DNA of 49,511 nucleotides. Origin: an uncultured Candidatus Saccharibacteria bacterium. GTDB lineage: Bacteria > Patescibacteriota > Minisyncoccia > Phycocordibacterales > DATDSR01. The stretch covers positions 1 through 49,511 of the forward strand of contig CAYGDD010000001.1 of the NCBI GenBank assembly GCA_964348575.1, given 5' to 3'. The notes under the pieces are model-generated. The model worked only from the letters and a program-made list of their open reading frames with translations. It was not told where the DNA came from and searched no databases. The position numbers and the translations under genes were made by a program. This document shows, one piece after another, positions 45,774-49,511 of this stretch. Within the stretch, counting starts at the first letter, position 1. Each line of letters starts with the position of its first letter.

Positions 45774-46724
45774 ATGAAGAAAATTTCTATAATAATCCCG
45801 ATGAAGAATGAGGAGCAAAGCATCCCCGAACTGTGGGCCAGATTGGTGGTTGCTCTAGGAAAAATCGACTGGCAGTGGGAAGTTATTTTTATTGATGACG
45901 GCTCTACGGACCGGACGCTGGAGGTACTCAATGTTTTAAGAGAGAAAGATAGTAGGGCTAGAGTGTTATCCTTTGTTCGCAATTTTGGTAAGGCTTCAGC
46001 TTTGCAGGCAGGCTTTGACAATGCTAAAGGTGATTACGTATTAACCATGGACGCTGATCTTCAGCACGAGCCAGAGGAGATACCAAACTTCGTGACCAAA
46101 CTTAAAGAGGGAAATGATATGGTTATATCTTGGCGTCATAAACGACGAGACAATGCTCTGACACGCAAAATCCCCTCCTGGCTTGCTAATAGGATAATAG
46201 AGAAGATGTCAGGTCTAAAGTTGCATGATTTTGGTGGCACATTCCACGCATATCGTAAAGAATTACTGGAAGGTATAGAGCTCTACTCAGAGTTACATAG
46301 ATTTATTCCCGCTCTTGCCAATTGGAATGGGGGATACAAATATGTAGAACTTCCAATCAACAATCCAGATCGTAAATACGGCAAATCTAATTATGGCCTG
46401 GGCAGGATATATAAAGTTATAGTGGACTTAATAGTGGTTAAGTACTTTGCGAGTTATGTAAATAGACCCTTACAAATATTTGGATCAGTGGGCTTCTCAC
46501 TGCTTGTCTTAGGAGTTTTGGGTAATATTTTCTTGCTCTACAAAAAGGTTTTTTTGGGAACCTTAGTTCTAGTCGAGCACGGACCGTTGTTTATGGTTTC
46601 TATCTTTTTAGTGATTATTGCTTTACAGTTTATTTTCTTCGGTATCATGGCCGAGATGTTATCGAGAATATATTTTAGGAGTTCAGATAGACATATATAT
46701 AAGTTACGAACTGAAATGGAGTAA
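45774..46724 (+). CDS. membrane-bound GT2 (GtrB/ArnC-like polyprenyl-phosphate glycosyltransferase)
   Basis: ISIIIPMKNE...IFIDDGSTDRT...FGKASALQAG...TMDADLQHEP plus two C-terminal TM helices. Confidence 0.8.
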   Translation: MKKISIIIPMKNEEQSIPELWARLVVALGKIDWQWEVIFIDDGSTDRTLEVLNVLREKDSRARVLSFVRNFGKASALQAGFDNAKGDYVLTMDADLQHEPEEIPNFVTKLKEGNDMVISWRHKRRDNALTRKIPSWLANRIIEKMSGLKLHDFGGTFHAYRKELLEGIELYSELHRFIPALANWNGGYKYVELPINNPDRKYGKSNYGLGRIYKVIVDLIVVKYFASYVNRPLQIFGSVGFSLLVLGVLGNIFLLYKKVFLGTLVLVEHGPLFMVSIFLVIIALQFIFFGIMAEMLSRIYFRSSDRHIYKLRTEME

Positions 46725-46726
46725 TT

Positions 46727-48079
46727 ATGGACAATTTTCTTGAAGTAGTTAAGACTAGGAAGAGTATTAGAAATTTTAAACTCGAGCCTGTACCAAGAGA
46801 AATAGTTGAGGAGATCTTGGCCCTTGCTGTGTATGCCCCAACAAATTGTAATCAGCAACTCTGGAATTTCATAGTCGTCGAAGATGCACAAACTAAAGAG
46901 AGACTAATCAAAGAGGCGGCTTCAAATACGCTTATCCGCAGAGCGCCTGTGCTCATTGTGGTGAGTTACGATGGCTGGAACTATAAAGAGGCTATCCAGG
47001 GTGGTGCACTTGCAGTAGGCAACATTCTCCTAGCGGCCCAGTACTATGGCTTAGGGGCATTGCCTATGAATAGTTATGGCTCAGACAAGAAAGTAAAATC
47101 TATACTTAACATACCAGAGAATGAGACTATTTGTTGTTTTGTGCTACTGGGCTATGCGGACGAGGAAGCTAAGAACGCACCCCTAGTACCTCGCAAGAAT
47201 GCAAGCGAGGTAACTCACTGGGGGACTTATATAGAAAGAACTAGGCCACCTTTTTCTTACAATCCAGAAGATTGGACAACAGAGACACTCATTGCACATC
47301 AGCGTCACTATTGCCGGAAGACATTTTTGGGTAAAGAGATGGATATTATGAGCAGTGCCGAGAGGGAGCTTGTTAAGAGAACACTAGATTTAGGAATTGA
47401 CGAACATAAATCGTTTATAGATTTTATGACCTACGACGGTGCATATGTAAGAGAATTCCCAACCGGCATTGACCTAACCACAATTGACCTGTGCAGAGAG
47501 ACGGCTGATTATACCAAGGTGGCCTGTAAAAGTTTACAAAACGTACACTCTTTTACACTTGGTGAAGAATATAGTGGTGCTATGAAATATGACTATGCAA
47601 CATTAATTTACAAACTAGAGAGATTACCAAAATCATTACGCACAGACGTGTTTACAGTAGTCCATGATAGTCTTAAGGAGGCTGGGGAATTTATCATAAT
47701 AGCTAGAAAAGGCAATTTCTTCTTGGCTATATTTTTTAGTGTGATTAAATTTCTATTTGGGAAGGATATCAGAAAGACTGGTATCTACAACTTTTTCGGT
47801 CCCTATAGACCTATCTCACTAAGAAGTACTATTCAAGAATTGAAGCAGGCTGGCTTCAAGCAGATTTCCTATGAAAGCTACTTTCCTTTCCCTACATTCT
47901 ATGAACAGGCCTATCAGATGTATCTTCAATTTAAAGCAAGCGATGGAACGAGTTACCTACACAGGGAAAAGCGGACAGATTTTATTTCTAAGCTGATCAA
48001 TTTTATTATTCAGATTCAGGGCTTTAGAAACGCCGGTCTATTTGGTTCGGTTGTAATAATAAAATGCAAAAAGAAGTAG
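46727..48079 (+). CDS. nitroreductase-family domain fused to a methyltransferase-like C-terminal domain
   Basis: N-terminal 170 aa: TRKSIRNF...APTNCNQQLWNFIVV...VLLGYA (nitroreductase fold). The C-terminal 270 aa has a degenerate Rossmann-like pattern. Confidence 0.6.
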   Translation: MDNFLEVVKTRKSIRNFKLEPVPREIVEEILALAVYAPTNCNQQLWNFIVVEDAQTKERLIKEAASNTLIRRAPVLIVVSYDGWNYKEAIQGGALAVGNILLAAQYYGLGALPMNSYGSDKKVKSILNIPENETICCFVLLGYADEEAKNAPLVPRKNASEVTHWGTYIERTRPPFSYNPEDWTTETLIAHQRHYCRKTFLGKEMDIMSSAERELVKRTLDLGIDEHKSFIDFMTYDGAYVREFPTGIDLTTIDLCRETADYTKVACKSLQNVHSFTLGEEYSGAMKYDYATLIYKLERLPKSLRTDVFTVVHDSLKEAGEFIIIARKGNFFLAIFFSVIKFLFGKDIRKTGIYNFFGPYRPISLRSTIQELKQAGFKQISYESYFPFPTFYEQAYQMYLQFKASDGTSYLHREKRTDFISKLINFIIQIQGFRNAGLFGSVVIIKCKKK

Positions 48080-49428
48080 AAAATATTTACTTAACTAGAG
48101 TTCTGTCTCAAGTACCACGCTTACTCAGCTCTCTTAATAGGTCTCCACTCTCAGGTACTTACGGATCTTTAGATAGAGAGCATTGGTTATTACATACAAG
48201 TGATATCCCTAATGCCCGTAAACAAGAAGCCATCTGGTTTCTTGCACTTCTCTATAGTAGCAACTTCAAAGGTAATATTTACTACAAGGATCAACAAATA
48301 TTGAAATGGATTAATGCTGGCTTAGATTATCTCATAAAGATCCAGCATGACGATGGTTCATTCGATGAGTTGTTTTATAACGAGAGGTCTTTTGTATGCA
48401 CATCATTTGTGCTTGTGGCAGTGGCTCAATGCGCACTTCTGTTTAAGAATGGCGAGCTTGTGAATAGAAATAAAATTGAATCTCTGTTGCGAAAAGCATC
48501 AGACTATGTGTTAAATGAATATGAGAGCGTGGCCAGTAATCAGACTGCAGGTAACATCCTAGCCTTGGTCCTTACTTCGCAAGTCTTGGGCGAAGATGCC
48601 TACAAAGAACACGCTTCATTAAAGTTGGAACGCTTCTTGTTGGAACAAAACGAAGAGGGGTGGTGGAGTGAATATGGTGGTCCAGATATTGGATACCTAT
48701 CTTTGACTGTGGATTACCTTAAGCTCATAAACGTGCATTTTGAATTAGGAAAGGTTGGCAATGCGATTGAGAAGGCGGTTAACTTCTTGTCCTACTTCCT
48801 TCATCCAAACTTTACTGCTGGAGGGGAATACGGCTACAGGGACACAGGTTATGTAGTGCCGTCAGGACACAGATTATTTCAAGAGTTTGGGGCACGGGCA
48901 CTAGAAGCGGGGACTGCTACTTGGCCTGGTAGTATGAGTGACGATTACATGCTTACTATGCTTAGTCACTGGTTGAGAGCTGGTTTAACCTACAGGCCTG
49001 GAGAGGAGCTTCTAAAAGTTGTTTTGGAAAATGATGTCGAGCGAAACTTCAAGAACTCAAGGTTATTTGTTAAGAGAAGCAAGAACTACTACATAGCCTA
49101 TAATACAAATAAGGGAGGGGCGTTTACTTTAGTTTCCAATGTTGGGCACTATTCTGATTCAGGGGCCATTGTGGAAATAAAAGAAATTTCACAGACACCT
49201 ATTTTAGGATTGTTATTTAAAATCTCCAATCTCATCTTCGGTCCATTAAAGTTCTTTAGAAGTTTTCTTAAAAGATATCTTAGGAAGCAACTAATATTTA
49301 AGAGGCCAATTTACCATGAAAGGATATTTAAGTTCGATAAAAATGAAGTTACTATCATAGGACGACATGGCGAGAAAGCTGCATATGGGAATAATCAAAG
49401 TTCGCGTTTTTTGACCCTATGGAATTAG
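48064..49428 (+). CDS. hypothetical protein, possibly alpha/alpha-toroid (prenyltransferase/terpene-cyclase-like repeats)
   Basis: QHDDGSFDE and QNEEGWWSEYGG resemble QxxDGxW-type toroid repeats. Overlaps the upstream gene by 16 nt. Confidence 0.4.
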   Translation: MQKEVENIYLTRVLSQVPRLLSSLNRSPLSGTYGSLDREHWLLHTSDIPNARKQEAIWFLALLYSSNFKGNIYYKDQQILKWINAGLDYLIKIQHDDGSFDELFYNERSFVCTSFVLVAVAQCALLFKNGELVNRNKIESLLRKASDYVLNEYESVASNQTAGNILALVLTSQVLGEDAYKEHASLKLERFLLEQNEEGWWSEYGGPDIGYLSLTVDYLKLINVHFELGKVGNAIEKAVNFLSYFLHPNFTAGGEYGYRDTGYVVPSGHRLFQEFGARALEAGTATWPGSMSDDYMLTMLSHWLRAGLTYRPGEELLKVVLENDVERNFKNSRLFVKRSKNYYIAYNTNKGGAFTLVSNVGHYSDSGAIVEIKEISQTPILGLLFKISNLIFGPLKFFRSFLKRYLRKQLIFKRPIYHERIFKFDKNEVTIIGRHGEKAAYGNNQSSRFLTLWN

Positions 49429-49511
49429 CCAATGATAGGTTAATGCCGATAATTGAAGGCGATCGTAGAGTATTCCATATTGAAAAAATATGAAAATATC
49501 CTCAACTAATT

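Noticed and set aside
49490-49511. Possible start of another gene (ATG 49490) at the window edge
   Set aside because: Only seven codons are visible, which is too short to support a call.

Overview
Gene-dense bacterial chromosome segment using the standard genetic code (TGA is a stop, e.g. 9299-9301 and 35943-35945). Gene content suggests a small-genome monoderm organism of the CPR/Patescibacteria type. That assignment is an inference, not a search result. Layout: (1) 1-392 holds the 3' part of tRNA-Ile(GAU), then a small GIY-YIG nuclease gene bracketed by a second, interrupted copy of the tRNA 3' part. (2) 402-13114 is a same-strand cell-surface locus and my best candidate for an undescribed system. 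It encodes an acidic membrane-anchored protein, a 1645-aa protein with five ~170-aa tandem modules of unknown fold, a stand-alone paralogue of that protein's Cys-containing C-terminal region, a two-domain C-terminally anchored protein, one dockerin protein and two membrane-anchored cohesin proteins. (3) 13144-20099 holds a PLP enzyme, an unlisted LysW-like zinc-ribbon ORF, and a minus-strand peptidoglycan-precursor operon: ATP-grasp, NlpC/P60, mraY, an ATE/Bpt-like transferase, and an Mpl-like ligase. (4) rsmI, a COG1306-like glycoside hydrolase and a soluble VirD4/TraG-like ATPase follow. (5) 24.6-49.4 kb is a large glycosylation island with GT4, GT2 and GT-C enzymes, GtrA, asnB, a paratose-epimerase-like SDR, methyltransferases and a YdjC deacetylase. 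Scattered through the window are three short, visibly GC-richer orphan gene cassettes with canonical promoter or SD signals. There is also a hicB-hicA pair whose toxin has an in-frame stop, and a 187-bp tandem duplication of a gene 3' end plus terminator. Many native genes have an extended -10 box 6-9 nt upstream of the start codon, which suggests leaderless mRNAs. No rRNA, CRISPR array, transposase or integrase was seen.
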